NCBI GenBank assembly: GCA_034927345.1
Contig: JAYFQE010000002.1
Span: forward strand, 99,615 to 163,614
Length of the DNA stretch: 64,000 nucleotides
DNA from: Clostridiaceae bacterium
Lineage (GTDB): Bacteria > Bacillota > Clostridia > Saccharofermentanales > UBA5734
Reading direction: 5' to 3'
Part shown: positions 1 through 9,259 of the stretch, one piece after another
Layout of the letters: every line of letters begins with the position of its first letter
How positions within the stretch are numbered: the stretch's first letter is position 1
Position numbers and translations under genes: made by a program
The notes under the pieces: model-generated
What the model saw: the letters and a program-made list of their open reading frames with translations, nothing else
What the model was told of the DNA's origin: nothing
Databases searched by the model: none

Positions 1-1428
1 GGCACTTCTTATCTGCCCAGCCAGATCAATTGCAGCAACTGCACTTTCGAAACAATTACCAGCGGGCCGGTGTCCCTGTATCTGCGCAGTTCGCGTTTTG
101 AACATTGCGTCTGGACCGGAAGAAACGGCTATGCTGTTCCTTGTTTTTCCGAACAAGTGCCGGCGGCGGCAGATGACTGGGCCGCGGGTACGCTGCCGGC
201 ATTGCTGACGCATGTTCTCGCCGAACGGATCGATTATCATGCTGATGAAAATCAGGCTATTGTCTGCGTTGACAACCTATTCTGCAGTGAAGACCTGTAC
301 AATTTGTATCAGCAGCTGACTCGGAGTTTGCCGGAACTGCTGCCCGATAATCTGCAGAACTGGGCTTTGAGCGGACAAAAACAAGATGAAATAGACGACG
401 GCGGAACTTTGGATCCATCTTTGGGACTGCGGCTGGATCTGCGTGTTACCGTACCGGATCCGGTTACGCCTGCGCCGGCCTCATCGGCCACAACCGCAAG
501 CGGCAAGGTTCTTTCATCGACATCCGGCACAACATCCGGACCGGCTGCCGCCGAGTCGCTTTATAACCTGGATCGGCTGTTGGCCGATTTACGGCCGCTG
601 TCCGATCTGGACGGCCACCTCGACTCATTGATTACCGGAACGGTGTCTGTCTGCCTCAGCGACCAAAATCAACAGGACTTGCTATCCTGTACGATTCCGG
701 TTAAACAGTTGAAAAAGGTTCTTTCATCAGCTTATTCTTCAATTCTGCTGGAAGAAGCGGACATTCGGCTGAATAATGAGCAAATTGTTCCAGCTCACTT
801 TTATGGCCGGGACAGCGCCGGCCAATTAACCGCGCGCGACCTGACCGCTGTTCTCGGCGCCGGTTTCGGGATTAACCGGACACCGCTGCTTTTGTATCCA
901 TCGCCGGATGAGACCCGCTTTATCGAACAGAATCTTGAATACGACGGTACATCGCTGATTAACGGCGTAGCCCGGCATGATTTTCAATTCAGCATCCAAT
1001 GCAGCGGAACTGAATCCAATCCTGCTGCCGCGTTAAAACTTTTATTTGCCCGAATATCCGTCCGGGCCGATAACGGGGCTAAAACTGATCTGACCGCCGG
1101 CCAATCGGACGGAAGAGCATTTCTTTTAGCGACAGACGAACAGAAGTCAATCCTTTTAAATTGTCTGAGGCAGCCGTTATCAGTTACCCGGCAGGCAACA
1201 GGCAGCGGAGAAGAGACGGCCCTGCAGCTGCAAGCATTGACGGTGGCAGCCGACCCTGCCGGTTCCTATACGCCGGTTATGATTTACGATGCCGGCGACA
1301 GCCGGATCGAAGCTAAAATCGCACTATATGACCAAGCTTTCCAGGTTTATCCGGTCATCGTTGTCTTGCAGCAGACGCAAGGTGTATGGCAAGTCCAATC
1401 GGCGGTTACTTTTAATATAACTGGTTAG
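1..1428 (+). CDS. C-terminal part of a larger protein of unknown function (5' end outside window)
   Basis: The frame of ORF 70..1428 stays open back to nt 1 (GTSYLPSQINCSNCTFETITSGP...), so the GTG at 70 is probably internal. A Pro/Ala/Ser/Thr linker (VPDPVTPAPASSATTASGKVLSSTSGTTSGPAAA) separates two regions. I recognise no catalytic motif. Confidence 0.5.
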   Translation, partial: GTSYLPSQINCSNCTFETITSGPVSLYLRSSRFEHCVWTGRNGYAVPCFSEQVPAAADDWAAGTLPALLTHVLAERIDYHADENQAIVCVDNLFCSEDLYNLYQQLTRSLPELLPDNLQNWALSGQKQDEIDDGGTLDPSLGLRLDLRVTVPDPVTPAPASSATTASGKVLSSTSGTTSGPAAAESLYNLDRLLADLRPLSDLDGHLDSLITGTVSVCLSDQNQQDLLSCTIPVKQLKKVLSSAYSSILLEEADIRLNNEQIVPAHFYGRDSAGQLTARDLTAVLGAGFGINRTPLLLYPSPDETRFIEQNLEYDGTSLINGVARHDFQFSIQCSGTESNPAAALKLLFARISVRADNGAKTDLTAGQSDGRAFLLATDEQKSILLNCLRQPLSVTRQATGSGEETALQLQALTVAADPAGSYTPVMIYDAGDSRIEAKIALYDQAFQVYPVIVVLQQTQGVWQVQSAVTFNITG

Positions 1429-1453
1429 TATATCAAAACCTTTTTCATGGAGG

Positions 1454-1896
1454 TTGATGATGCCGACGATTAAAGAACGAATTCTCAATTCACCAAGCTT
1501 AACAGTTGTCTGTTCCGGTGACAGTCATACCTGGGGACAATGTGCGCAGGGACAAGCTGAAGTCATGCCGGACGCGCAGCCTGGCGAACTTCGTCGTCTA
1601 CCGGAAAATATCCCTTGTTATACGGCCATGCTCGGCAGATATCTGCGCGAAATCCGCGGTTCTCATAAGGAGACCAAGGTTATCAACAGCGGCATCGGCA
1701 ACACGCCTATTACACGATATTATTCAGAGTTCTGGCATGATAGAGTATTAGCCTATAAACCGGATCTCATGGTGATGATGCTCATCAAGGAGACCCGGCT
1801 TATAATGCCCGAACGATGTTTGATAATAATTGGCATGTATCGCAAATTGGTCATTTTATCTATTTAAAAGCGATTACAGACGCTTTAGGCCTTTAG
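1454..1896 (+). pseudogene. SGNH/GDSL hydrolase remnant (frame change plus internal deletion)
   Basis: The N-terminal part has block I (VVCSGDSHTWG) and block II (VINSGIGNT), then runs into non-homologous sequence and stops at 1867. A second frame open over 1759..1896 encodes a block V-like tail (DPAYNARTMFDNNWHVSQIGHFIYLKAITDALGL). Block III GxND and about 60-100 aa between the two parts are missing. Confidence 0.55.
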
Positions 1897-2023
1897 GTCA
1901 TCATTTTTGTTCAGCAGTGCCGTAACCAGTGAAATATGAAGTCTCTCTATTCAGATCAATGGTTACCGTGACTTCGGTCATGATTCCGGGAACACTTCGG
2001 AAATGGAGCCCGCAGGAGAAATC

Positions 2024-3334
2024 ATGTATACATTGAAAGCAAAACAAATTCCTTTTCATTGTGGTTATGATGTCATTGTTATCGGCGGCGGCCCCGCCGG
2101 CTGCGCCGCGGCAATAGCGTCAGCCCGTGAAGGCGCTAAGACCTTACTGATTGAAGCAACCGGAATTTTGGGCGGCATGGGCACCAATGGGCTTGTTCCT
2201 TTCTGGTGCGGATTTTCCAACGGCGGCGACTTGTGCAGTACAGGCATCGGGAAACGGGTTATGGAACAACTTCAGGCTGAAATGCCCCATGTTGGGTCTG
2301 GAACGAAAGGCGGCGCCATAGATGCCGAAGCGTTGAAGCGAGTCTATGATGAATTAGTAACTGACTCGGGCGCTCAGGTTTTATTTCATACGATGCTTTC
2401 TGATGTTGATGTTGATGAAAAAGGAACGGTCAATGCGGTTATTGTCAGTAATAAAGCGGGTTTATCGGCCTACAAAGCTAAAACTTATGTTGATTGTACT
2501 GGCGATGCAGATCTGGTTGCCTGGGCCGGCGGCGATTTTGAACTGGGCGATGAACTAGGTGAAATGCAGCCGGCGACGATGTGTTTTACCTTGACCAATG
2601 TTGATATGGATGCATTCAGCCATATCAAGAATCATCGGGTTATTCATACTGAAGACGGGAAATATCCGTTGATTCCGGATGATCATTGCTGTTTTAGTGT
2701 TGTCGGTCCCAATGCCGTCGGATTTAATGCCGGTCATGTGTACAATGTAAACGGGACTGATCCAATAAACGTTTCTGCGGCATTGATCCGGGCTCGTAAA
2801 ATGGTTGGCCAAATCAAAGCGCTTTTTGCGGAAAAATTCCCCGAAGCTTACGGTAAGGCATATCTGGCCGCAACATCATCCTTGCTGGGTGTCCGCGAAG
2901 GACGCAGAATCAAGGGCGATTATAAATTGTTGCCGGAGGATTATTACGCCAGACGTGTTTTTCCAGATGAAATAGCCCGCAATTGCTATAATTTCGATTC
3001 ACATGAAACGCCGACTGAAATAAAACTTATGGCAGAAAGGAAACTTGCCCATCATCCCGAAGAAGTCGTTTATAAACCGGGTGAGTCGCATGGGATTCCT
3101 TACCGTTGCCTGACACCGGTAAAATTGAGGAATGTTATCGTTGCCGGCCGGTCTATTTGCGCTGAACGTCGTGTAATGGGCAGTATACGGATTATGGCGA
3201 CTTGTTTGTCCTTAGGAGAAGCGGCTGGAATAGCGGCAGCCCTATTGAAAAACGAAGAAGAACCAGATTTTCATCATGCCGATGTTTCTGTTTTACGACA
3301 TAAACTGTTGGAACATGGTGCATTTATTTTATAA
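2024..3334 (+). CDS. FAD-dependent oxidoreductase (FAD_oxidored/GIDA-like family)
   Basis: Dinucleotide-binding motif YDVIVIGGGPAGCAAAIASAREGAKTLLIE at the N-terminus. AGGAGA lies 5 nt before the ATG at 2024. The ORF-track start at 2003 is probably too early. Confidence 0.8.
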   Translation: MYTLKAKQIPFHCGYDVIVIGGGPAGCAAAIASAREGAKTLLIEATGILGGMGTNGLVPFWCGFSNGGDLCSTGIGKRVMEQLQAEMPHVGSGTKGGAIDAEALKRVYDELVTDSGAQVLFHTMLSDVDVDEKGTVNAVIVSNKAGLSAYKAKTYVDCTGDADLVAWAGGDFELGDELGEMQPATMCFTLTNVDMDAFSHIKNHRVIHTEDGKYPLIPDDHCCFSVVGPNAVGFNAGHVYNVNGTDPINVSAALIRARKMVGQIKALFAEKFPEAYGKAYLAATSSLLGVREGRRIKGDYKLLPEDYYARRVFPDEIARNCYNFDSHETPTEIKLMAERKLAHHPEEVVYKPGESHGIPYRCLTPVKLRNVIVAGRSICAERRVMGSIRIMATCLSLGEAAGIAAALLKNEEEPDFHHADVSVLRHKLLEHGAFIL

Positions 3335-3503
3335 AACAGATAAAAATCATAGTATTTCCTATACTGATTACCGAATGTTGTTGGGGCGATTTTTCTGAAT
3401 CCAGACGATGGCCCGACCGGCGGACCGGGTAATCTGATGTTCATCAAGTCCGACGGCGTGATCCGTTCTGGGCACGATATTTACAATCAATTCTAGGATC
3501 TTA

Positions 3504-3532
3504 TTGCATTTTTGCCGCTCATAACGTATGAT
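3504..3532 (+). promoter_or_regulatory. sigma-A type promoter for the T-box leader
   Basis: TTGCAT (3504-3509), 17-nt spacer, TATGAT (3527-3532). Confidence 0.45.
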
Positions 3533-3539
3533 AAACCTA

Positions 3540-3751
3540 TCATTTCGTGTTGAAGGGAAGGAGTACACACCTTCAGGTCGACAGAGAGCGGGATTCATCG
3601 GCTGCAAGATCCTGCGGACCGTCAGTGTGGAAGGTCGTCCCGGAGCGGAGCGGGTTGGCCGCCTCAAGGCCAAGAGTGCCCGTGCAAACGGGAAAACTGG
3701 TGGTACCACGGAAGTCGAGCTTTCGTCCAGTTACTGGACGAGAGCTTTTTT
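3540..3751 (+). promoter_or_regulatory. T-box leader (probable Val specifier GUC) with intrinsic terminator
   Basis: AGAGAG element at 3582-3587. GTC followed by a purine at 3621-3624 in a candidate specifier loop. Near-consensus T-box sequence AAACTGGTGGTACCACGG at 3694-3711. Terminator stem AGCTTTCGTCCAG / CTGGACGAGAGCT (3718-3746) is followed by TTTTT. valS lies downstream. Confidence 0.75.
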
Positions 3752-3848
3752 ATGCCCCGACGCCTTTGCGGCCGCAAATCTTTATTCGGCCGCAAAACCG
3801 GTCTGCAGGCTGACAGCCGGCAAACCGGTGAAAAAAGGAGATAAAATA

Positions 3849-4115
3849 ATGAATGAAACGCTGGAACTGGTCTTGCGTATTCTGGGTCTGGTACTGGCCG
3901 CCGCCGGCCTGGTCGTTGTTTATGCCGCTCCGCACATCGTGGATAAGCGCGGCCTTGTCGAGCGCAAGAAGATTCCGCCGGAGCTCATTGAACACATGAC
4001 GCCGGAAGAAAAGGACAAATTCCGCCGCGACTCTGCGATCCTCGATGTCAAATTCCGCGGCCTGCTTCTGGCAGCCCCCGGCTTCATCCTGATCCTGATT
4101 GCTTTTCACCGTTAA
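3849..4115 (+). CDS. small (88 aa) two-helix membrane protein, unknown function
   Basis: AAGGAG lies 8 nt before the ATG at 3849. Two hydrophobic helices (LVLRILGLVLAAAGLVVVYAA and GLLLAAPGFILILIAF) flank a charged loop. The ORF-track start at 3528 would run through the T-box RNA and is rejected. Confidence 0.6.
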   Translation: MNETLELVLRILGLVLAAAGLVVVYAAPHIVDKRGLVERKKIPPELIEHMTPEEKDKFRRDSAILDVKFRGLLLAAPGFILILIAFHR

Positions 4116-4151
4116 GTTCGGGGCTTTGGCCCCATACCCAGGAGGAATATC

Positions 4152-6827
4152 ATGGCACGAATCGATAACATCCCCAAATCCTTTGAACCCCGGGAAACAG
4201 AATCCAAACTATACGCCGAATGGCAGGATAAGGGTTATTTTCAGCCGCCGGCTGATGACGGACGTCCAACCTTCACGATTGTGATCCCGCCGCCCAATAT
4301 AACCGGACAGCTGCATATGGGTCATGCCCTGGACAACGCCTTGCAGGATTTACTGATCCGCTTCAAACGCATGCAAGGATATGCCGCGCTCTGGATACCG
4401 GGGACCGACCATGCCTCAATTGCCACGGAGGCCAAGATCGTTGAAGCGATGCGTAAAGAAGGCCTGACGAAAGAAGATATCGGCCGCGAAGCCTTCCTCG
4501 AGCGAGCCTGGGCCTGGAAGAAGCTGTACGGCAGCCGGATCATTGAACAGCTGAAACGACTGGGATCATCCTGTGACTGGTCCCGTGAACGCTTTACCAT
4601 GGATGAAGGTCTTTCCGAAGCTGTGCAGCATGTTTTTATCACGCTATATGAAAAGGGTTTGATTTATCGCGGTGAACGGATCATCAACTGGTGTCCGCAC
4701 TGCCGGACCTCGATATCCGATGCGGAAGTGAACTATGAGGAACAGGATTCTCAGTTCTGGCATCTGCGTTATCCTCTGGCCGACGGCAGCGGCGATTTGA
4801 TTCTGGCTACCACCAGGCCGGAAACGCTCCTCGGCGATACCGCCGTAGCGGTCCATCCGGATGATGAACGCTATCGCCATCTTGTGGGCAAGCAAGTGAT
4901 CTTGCCGCTTGTCGGCCGGACGATTCCTGTTATTGCCGATTCTTATGTCGAAAAAGATTTTGGTACCGGCGTGGTGAAGATAACGCCGGCTCACGATCCC
5001 AACGACTTTGAAGTCGGCTTGCGTCACAAGCTGCCGGTGATCAATATCCTGACCGAAGACGCTCATATCAATGAAGCGGGCGGCCTTTATGCCGGCCTCG
5101 ACCGCATGGAAGCGCGAAAGAAGATCGTCATCGATCTAGAAACAGGCGGGTGGCTGATAAAAACCGAGCCGCATAAGCATAATGTCGGCACCTGTTATCG
5201 CTGCCACACGGTTGTCGAGCCACGTGTGTCCTTTCAGTGGTTTGTCCGGATGAAGCCGTTGGCCGAACCGGCCATTGCCGTTGTCCAGGAACATAAAACG
5301 CGTATCGTACCGGAACGTTTTGAAAAAACCTATTTCAATTGGATGGAAAACATCCGCGACTGGTGCATATCCCGTCAGTTATGGTGGGGTCACCGCATTC
5401 CGGCCTGGTATTGTGACGACTGCGGCCATATTACCGTGTCCGGCAGCACGCCGGAGCATTGCGAATCTTGCGGCGGCAGCCGCCTTCGTCAGGACGAAGA
5501 CACACTGGACACCTGGTTTTCATCAGCCCTTTGGCCTTTCTCCACACTGGGCTGGCCTAAAGATACTGAAGATTTTCGCCGTTTCTATCCAACCAGCGTC
5601 CTGGTGACCGGTTATGACATCATTTTTTTCTGGGTTGCGCGGATGATCTTTTCCGGTCTGGAGCATACCGGAAAGACACCGTTTCATACCGTACTGATGC
5701 ATGGCATCGTCCGCGACAGTGAAGGACGGAAAATGTCAAAATCACTGGGCAATGGCATCGATCCGCTGGAAATCATCGACCAATACGGCGCCGATGCTCT
5801 GCGTTACGCTTTGGTCAACGGAAACGCGCCGGGCAATGATCAACGTTTCCAAAAAGATAAAATCGAAGCCGGCCGCAATTTCATCAACAAAATTTGGAAT
5901 GCGTTCCGGTTTACAGTGATGAATTTTGACGATGAAATGGATTTCTCCGCCGTCATGCCGCAGGATCTTAATCTGGAAGACCGCTGGATCCTGTCCCGTC
6001 TGCAGACCCTGAAAGCGGAAGTTACGGCCAATCTTGAAAAATACGAGTTCGGGGTGGCTTTAGCCAAGATAACCAGTTTCCTCTGGGAGGAATTCTGCGA
6101 CTGGTCCATCGAGATGAGTAAACCGCGTTTGAGCAGCGGCGCCGACAAGGCCGGCCGGTTAACCGCCCAGTATGTCCTGAACCGGGTTTTGACGGAAAGC
6201 ATGCAATTGCTGCATCCCTTCATGCCGTTTGTCAGTGAAACGGTTTACCAGCAGTTGATCCATCCGGCCGGCAGTATCATGATGTCCCGTTGGCCGGAAC
6301 CAGATCCGCAGTTGATGTTTCCGCAGGAAGAACAGGCCATGGCCAGCCTGATGGAAGCGATTCGGGGTATCCGCAACGTCCGGACGCAGATGAATGTAGC
6401 GCCGGCCAGAAAGATCCATATGATCGTCGTATCGCCCGACATGGCTGTCTGCGGCCGTTTCCGGGACGGTTTGCCTTATTTGCAGCGACTGGCCGGCATC
6501 AGCGATCTGAAAACGCAGGCGGATAAAACCGGTATCCCTCTGACCGCTGTCGCTTCACTTTTTACCGGCGGCGAGATCTATATGCCCTTGGCCGATCTGA
6601 TCGATCTGGACCAGGAAATTAAACGTCTGCAGCAGGAAACGGACAACCTGGAACGCGAACTGGCCCGGGTGGCCGGGAAACTCGGCAACAGCGAGTTTAC
6701 CGGCAAAGCGCCGGAGAAAGTTGTTCAGGCTGAACGGGATAAGCAGCTTCGTTTTCAGGATATGCGGCAAAGCGCGCTGGAACGGCTGGCTTTGCTGCAG
6801 CAAGAACAGAAAAACCAAGGAAATTGA
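4152..6827 (+). CDS. valS: valine--tRNA ligase
   Basis: HIGH-type motif (PNITGQLHMGHAL), KMSKS motif (GRKMSKSLGN), 891 aa with a C-terminal coiled coil typical of ValRS. AGGAGG RBS. Confidence 0.97.
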   Translation: MARIDNIPKSFEPRETESKLYAEWQDKGYFQPPADDGRPTFTIVIPPPNITGQLHMGHALDNALQDLLIRFKRMQGYAALWIPGTDHASIATEAKIVEAMRKEGLTKEDIGREAFLERAWAWKKLYGSRIIEQLKRLGSSCDWSRERFTMDEGLSEAVQHVFITLYEKGLIYRGERIINWCPHCRTSISDAEVNYEEQDSQFWHLRYPLADGSGDLILATTRPETLLGDTAVAVHPDDERYRHLVGKQVILPLVGRTIPVIADSYVEKDFGTGVVKITPAHDPNDFEVGLRHKLPVINILTEDAHINEAGGLYAGLDRMEARKKIVIDLETGGWLIKTEPHKHNVGTCYRCHTVVEPRVSFQWFVRMKPLAEPAIAVVQEHKTRIVPERFEKTYFNWMENIRDWCISRQLWWGHRIPAWYCDDCGHITVSGSTPEHCESCGGSRLRQDEDTLDTWFSSALWPFSTLGWPKDTEDFRRFYPTSVLVTGYDIIFFWVARMIFSGLEHTGKTPFHTVLMHGIVRDSEGRKMSKSLGNGIDPLEIIDQYGADALRYALVNGNAPGNDQRFQKDKIEAGRNFINKIWNAFRFTVMNFDDEMDFSAVMPQDLNLEDRWILSRLQTLKAEVTANLEKYEFGVALAKITSFLWEEFCDWSIEMSKPRLSSGADKAGRLTAQYVLNRVLTESMQLLHPFMPFVSETVYQQLIHPAGSIMMSRWPEPDPQLMFPQEEQAMASLMEAIRGIRNVRTQMNVAPARKIHMIVVSPDMAVCGRFRDGLPYLQRLAGISDLKTQADKTGIPLTAVASLFTGGEIYMPLADLIDLDQEIKRLQQETDNLERELARVAGKLGNSEFTGKAPEKVVQAERDKQLRFQDMRQSALERLALLQQEQKNQGN

Positions 6828-6856
6828 CCAGGACGCTCTTCGTCTGCGATTAACCG

Positions 6857-6885
6857 TTGACGCAGGGTTAAATCAATCATAGAAT
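6857..6885 (+). promoter_or_regulatory. sigma-A type promoter upstream of fba
   Basis: TTGACG (6857-6862), 17-nt spacer, TAGAAT (6880-6885). Confidence 0.45.
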
Positions 6886-6961
6886 AATAGCGTATGGATT
6901 TGTCAGGCTTCAAACAAACAGATGATTGAAGTCACGAAATACAATTAAGGAGTTGAACTGT

Positions 6962-7897
6962 ATGCCACTTGTCACAACCAAAGACATGTTCCAGAAAGCT
7001 TATGAAGGCGGATACGCCATCGGCGCTTTCAATGTCAACAACATGGAAATTATCCAGGGTATCACCGAGGCCGCCAAGGAATTAAATGCTCCTCTGATCC
7101 TGCAAGTTTCCTCCGGCGCCAGAAAGTATGCCAATCACACCTATCTGGTCAAACTGGTCGAGGCCGCTGTGATCGAAACCAATCTGCCGATCGCTCTGCA
7201 TCTTGACCATGGCGATACTTATGAATTGTGCAAGAGCTGCGTCGACGGCGGTTTTACTTCCGTTATGATCGACGGGTCGCATTATACCTATGAAGAGAAT
7301 GTGGAACTGACCAAACGGGTCGTCGCTTATGCTCATGACCACGGCGTCGTTGTTGAAGCCGAATTGGGCCGCCTGGCCGGTATCGAAGACGCCGTCAAGG
7401 TCAATGCCGCCGATGCTTCCTATACCAATCCGGATCAGGTTTATGATTTTGTAACCCGTACCGGCTGCGATTCGCTGGCGATCGCCATCGGCACCAGTCA
7501 CGGCGCTTATAAATTCAAACCCGGCCAGAAGCCGCAGCTGCGTTTTGACATCCTGGAAGAAGTCGAGAAGAGACTGCCCGGTTTCCCGATCGTTCTCCAT
7601 GGCGCCAGCTCGGTCATCCCGGAATATGTCGCGATGATCAACCAATACGGCGGCAATATGCCCGACGCAATCGGCATTCCGGAAGATATGCTCCGCCAGG
7701 CCGCCCGCATGTCCGTATGCAAGATCAACATCGACTCGGATCTCCGTCTGGCCATGACAGCGACCATCCGCAAGTATTTTGCCGAGAATCCGAGCCATTT
7801 CGATCCCCGCCAGTACCTGGGACCGGCGCGTACCGCGATCAAAGGCATGGTTGCCCACAAGATCAAGGACGTTCTCGGCTGCGACGGCAAAGCCTGA
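6962..7897 (+). CDS. fba: class II fructose-1,6-bisphosphate aldolase
   Basis: MPLVTTKDMF... with LHLDHG and IGTSHGAYKF motifs. AAGGAG lies 9 nt before the ATG at 6962. Confidence 0.93.
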   Translation: MPLVTTKDMFQKAYEGGYAIGAFNVNNMEIIQGITEAAKELNAPLILQVSSGARKYANHTYLVKLVEAAVIETNLPIALHLDHGDTYELCKSCVDGGFTSVMIDGSHYTYEENVELTKRVVAYAHDHGVVVEAELGRLAGIEDAVKVNAADASYTNPDQVYDFVTRTGCDSLAIAIGTSHGAYKFKPGQKPQLRFDILEEVEKRLPGFPIVLHGASSVIPEYVAMINQYGGNMPDAIGIPEDMLRQAARMSVCKINIDSDLRLAMTATIRKYFAENPSHFDPRQYLGPARTAIKGMVAHKIKDVLGCDGKA

Positions 7898-7937
7898 TTT
7901 TCTCCAGCCATAGCCCATTGTCTTTTGCTCAGAGATA

Positions 7938-7988
7938 AAATGCACCGTTCTGTTCTGGATGAATTGTTCAGGACAGAACGGTGCATTT
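7938..7988. terminator. bidirectional intrinsic terminator between convergent fba and sortase
   Basis: 20-bp inverted repeat AAATGCACCGTTCTGTTCTG / CAGGACAGAACGGTGCATTT with one G-U pair and an 11-nt loop. A/T residues flank both sides. Confidence 0.7.
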
Positions 7989-8006
7989 ACGTTTGAAGCT
8001 GTTCTT

Positions 8007-8741
8007 TCAGGATAGAGGTTCGGTTGATGTCAGCACGCCTTTAACCAACAGGCGATGCGAAGCGACGCGTATGGGATCGCAAGTGACCAGCGTGATCCGG
8101 CTGCCTTCGACCGGCGCGTTGAATTCAGTGACCAGTTCGGATGGAAGGATACGGTCGATTTGATCAACCGTATACGTATACCGGTTGGTTTTATCCTCAA
8201 TGATGATCATGTCGCCGATAGCCACTTCATTTAAGCGGTTGAAATGCCGGCCGTATGAATACATGCGGTGACCGAGAAATATACTGTTGCCTACCTGGCC
8301 TAAACCGACGCTGTTGCTGTAATGGCCGATAGCCACCCGCAAATTGTAAACCGTCGATCCTTCGGCGATGGGCATATCTACATTGATGCAGGGGATCCGG
8401 ATCCGGCCGATTGCCTTGATCACAACTTTGGCCGGCGCCGGCGTCGGCGACGGCAAAGCAGACTCAGACGGCAGAGATGGATCAAGGCTTGTATCGGTTG
8501 TCACAGTCGGTTCATTATCCGAAAAATAGTCGACATCTTCGCCGTCGACAATCAGGGCGGAAGGATCAAGATAAATCGTGCCATCGCCATTTTCGTAGTT
8601 TTGCAGCAGATTCTGGGTCATACGGTCTTGCTGCCAGTGAATGACCATGGGCTTGATAATGAGATAGAGACCGACAGCTGCCATGGCGATGATTAAAATA
8701 TCCAGGATGATCAGAAGCGGCGTACGTTTTTTCTTGGCCAT
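8007..8741 (-). CDS. sortase family transpeptidase (N-terminal membrane anchor)
   Basis: TLVTC active-site motif (RITLVTCDP), upstream His (IFLGHR), N-terminal TM helix (LLIILDILIIAMAAVGLYLII). GAGGAGG RBS before the ATG at 8741. Confidence 0.85.
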   Translation of the reverse strand: MAKKKRTPLLIILDILIIAMAAVGLYLIIKPMVIHWQQDRMTQNLLQNYENGDGTIYLDPSALIVDGEDVDYFSDNEPTVTTDTSLDPSLPSESALPSPTPAPAKVVIKAIGRIRIPCINVDMPIAEGSTVYNLRVAIGHYSNSVGLGQVGNSIFLGHRMYSYGRHFNRLNEVAIGDMIIIEDKTNRYTYTVDQIDRILPSELVTEFNAPVEGSRITLVTCDPIRVASHRLLVKGVLTSTEPLS

Positions 8742-8758
8742 GATATCGCGTTTCCTCC

Positions 8759-9259
8759 TCATTGACCGCACTGACTTGAGTCGGTCGTCTGCGCGGCCAT
8801 GAACTCACGCTGCTCCAGACGGCGGCGGCGGCGTTCAACAGCTTGCTGCCATTCCTGGCATTCGGCCGGCGTTGACGGTTTGAATGATTCGACCAGCTGC
8901 GGTTTGCCGTCGACGTCGACGGCGACGAAAACCAGGTAAGCGCGATTGACCAGCTGCCGCCGGCCGTCCAGATGTTCAACATCCGTTTCAACGCGAACCT
9001 CCAGGGATGTACGGCCGGTCCAGGTTACTTCGGCATTCAGGACAATTGTATCGTTCATTTGCACAGGGGCGATAAAATCTAATGCGTCAACGGCCGCCAG
9101 CGTCACATCGCTGTGGGCATGACGGCGCGCTTCAACCGCGGCCGTCACGTCAATCCATTCCATGAGCTTCCCGCCGAAAAGGCGGCGGGCGCCGTTGACA
9201 TGGGAGGACATGATGATCTGAACATGTGTGGTACGCAAAAAAACCACCTCCATGATCAT
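8759..9259 (-). CDS. hotdog-fold acyl-CoA thioesterase
   Basis: The core LFGGKLMEWIDVTAAVEARRHA...VTLAAVDALDFIAPV...TGRTSLEV resembles the YciA/acyl-CoA hydrolase family. The start is taken at ATG 9259. The long ORF-track N-terminus is low-complexity and unlikely. Confidence 0.8.
   Translation of the reverse strand: MIMEVVFLRTTHVQIIMSSHVNGARRLFGGKLMEWIDVTAAVEARRHAHSDVTLAAVDALDFIAPVQMNDTIVLNAEVTWTGRTSLEVRVETDVEHLDGRRQLVNRAYLVFVAVDVDGKPQLVESFKPSTPAECQEWQQAVERRRRRLEQREFMAAQTTDSSQCGQ

Noticed and set aside
3368-3709. 113-aa minus-strand ORF, and the 5' part of plus-strand ORF 3528-4115, both overlapping the valS leader.
   Set aside because: Both run through the T-box RNA, its promoter and its terminator. 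The plus-strand ORF has a much better internal start with an RBS at 3849. The minus-strand ORF has no RBS, and its only plausible-looking tail (3368-3530) lacks a start codon.
3761-3800. Direct repeat CGGCCGCAAA (x2), including a NotI-like palindrome, between the T-box terminator and the small ORF.
   Set aside because: Only 10 nt and two copies, so it could arise by chance in GC-rich sequence. It is noted within the T-box finding rather than called a feature.
7082-7945. Long antisense ORFs opposite well-conserved genes. Examples are 7082-7945 opposite fba, 13181-13885 opposite UPF0210, 16953-17732 opposite argH, 20659-21333 opposite htpG, 31298-32506 opposite pckG, 37864-38637 opposite the ThDP enzyme and 46075-46692 opposite corA.
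   Set aside because: Each lies entirely within a strongly motif-supported gene on the other strand. Their translations are Arg/Gly/Ala/Pro-rich low-complexity sequence with no motifs or RBS. Stop-poor antisense frames are expected in GC-rich coding DNA.
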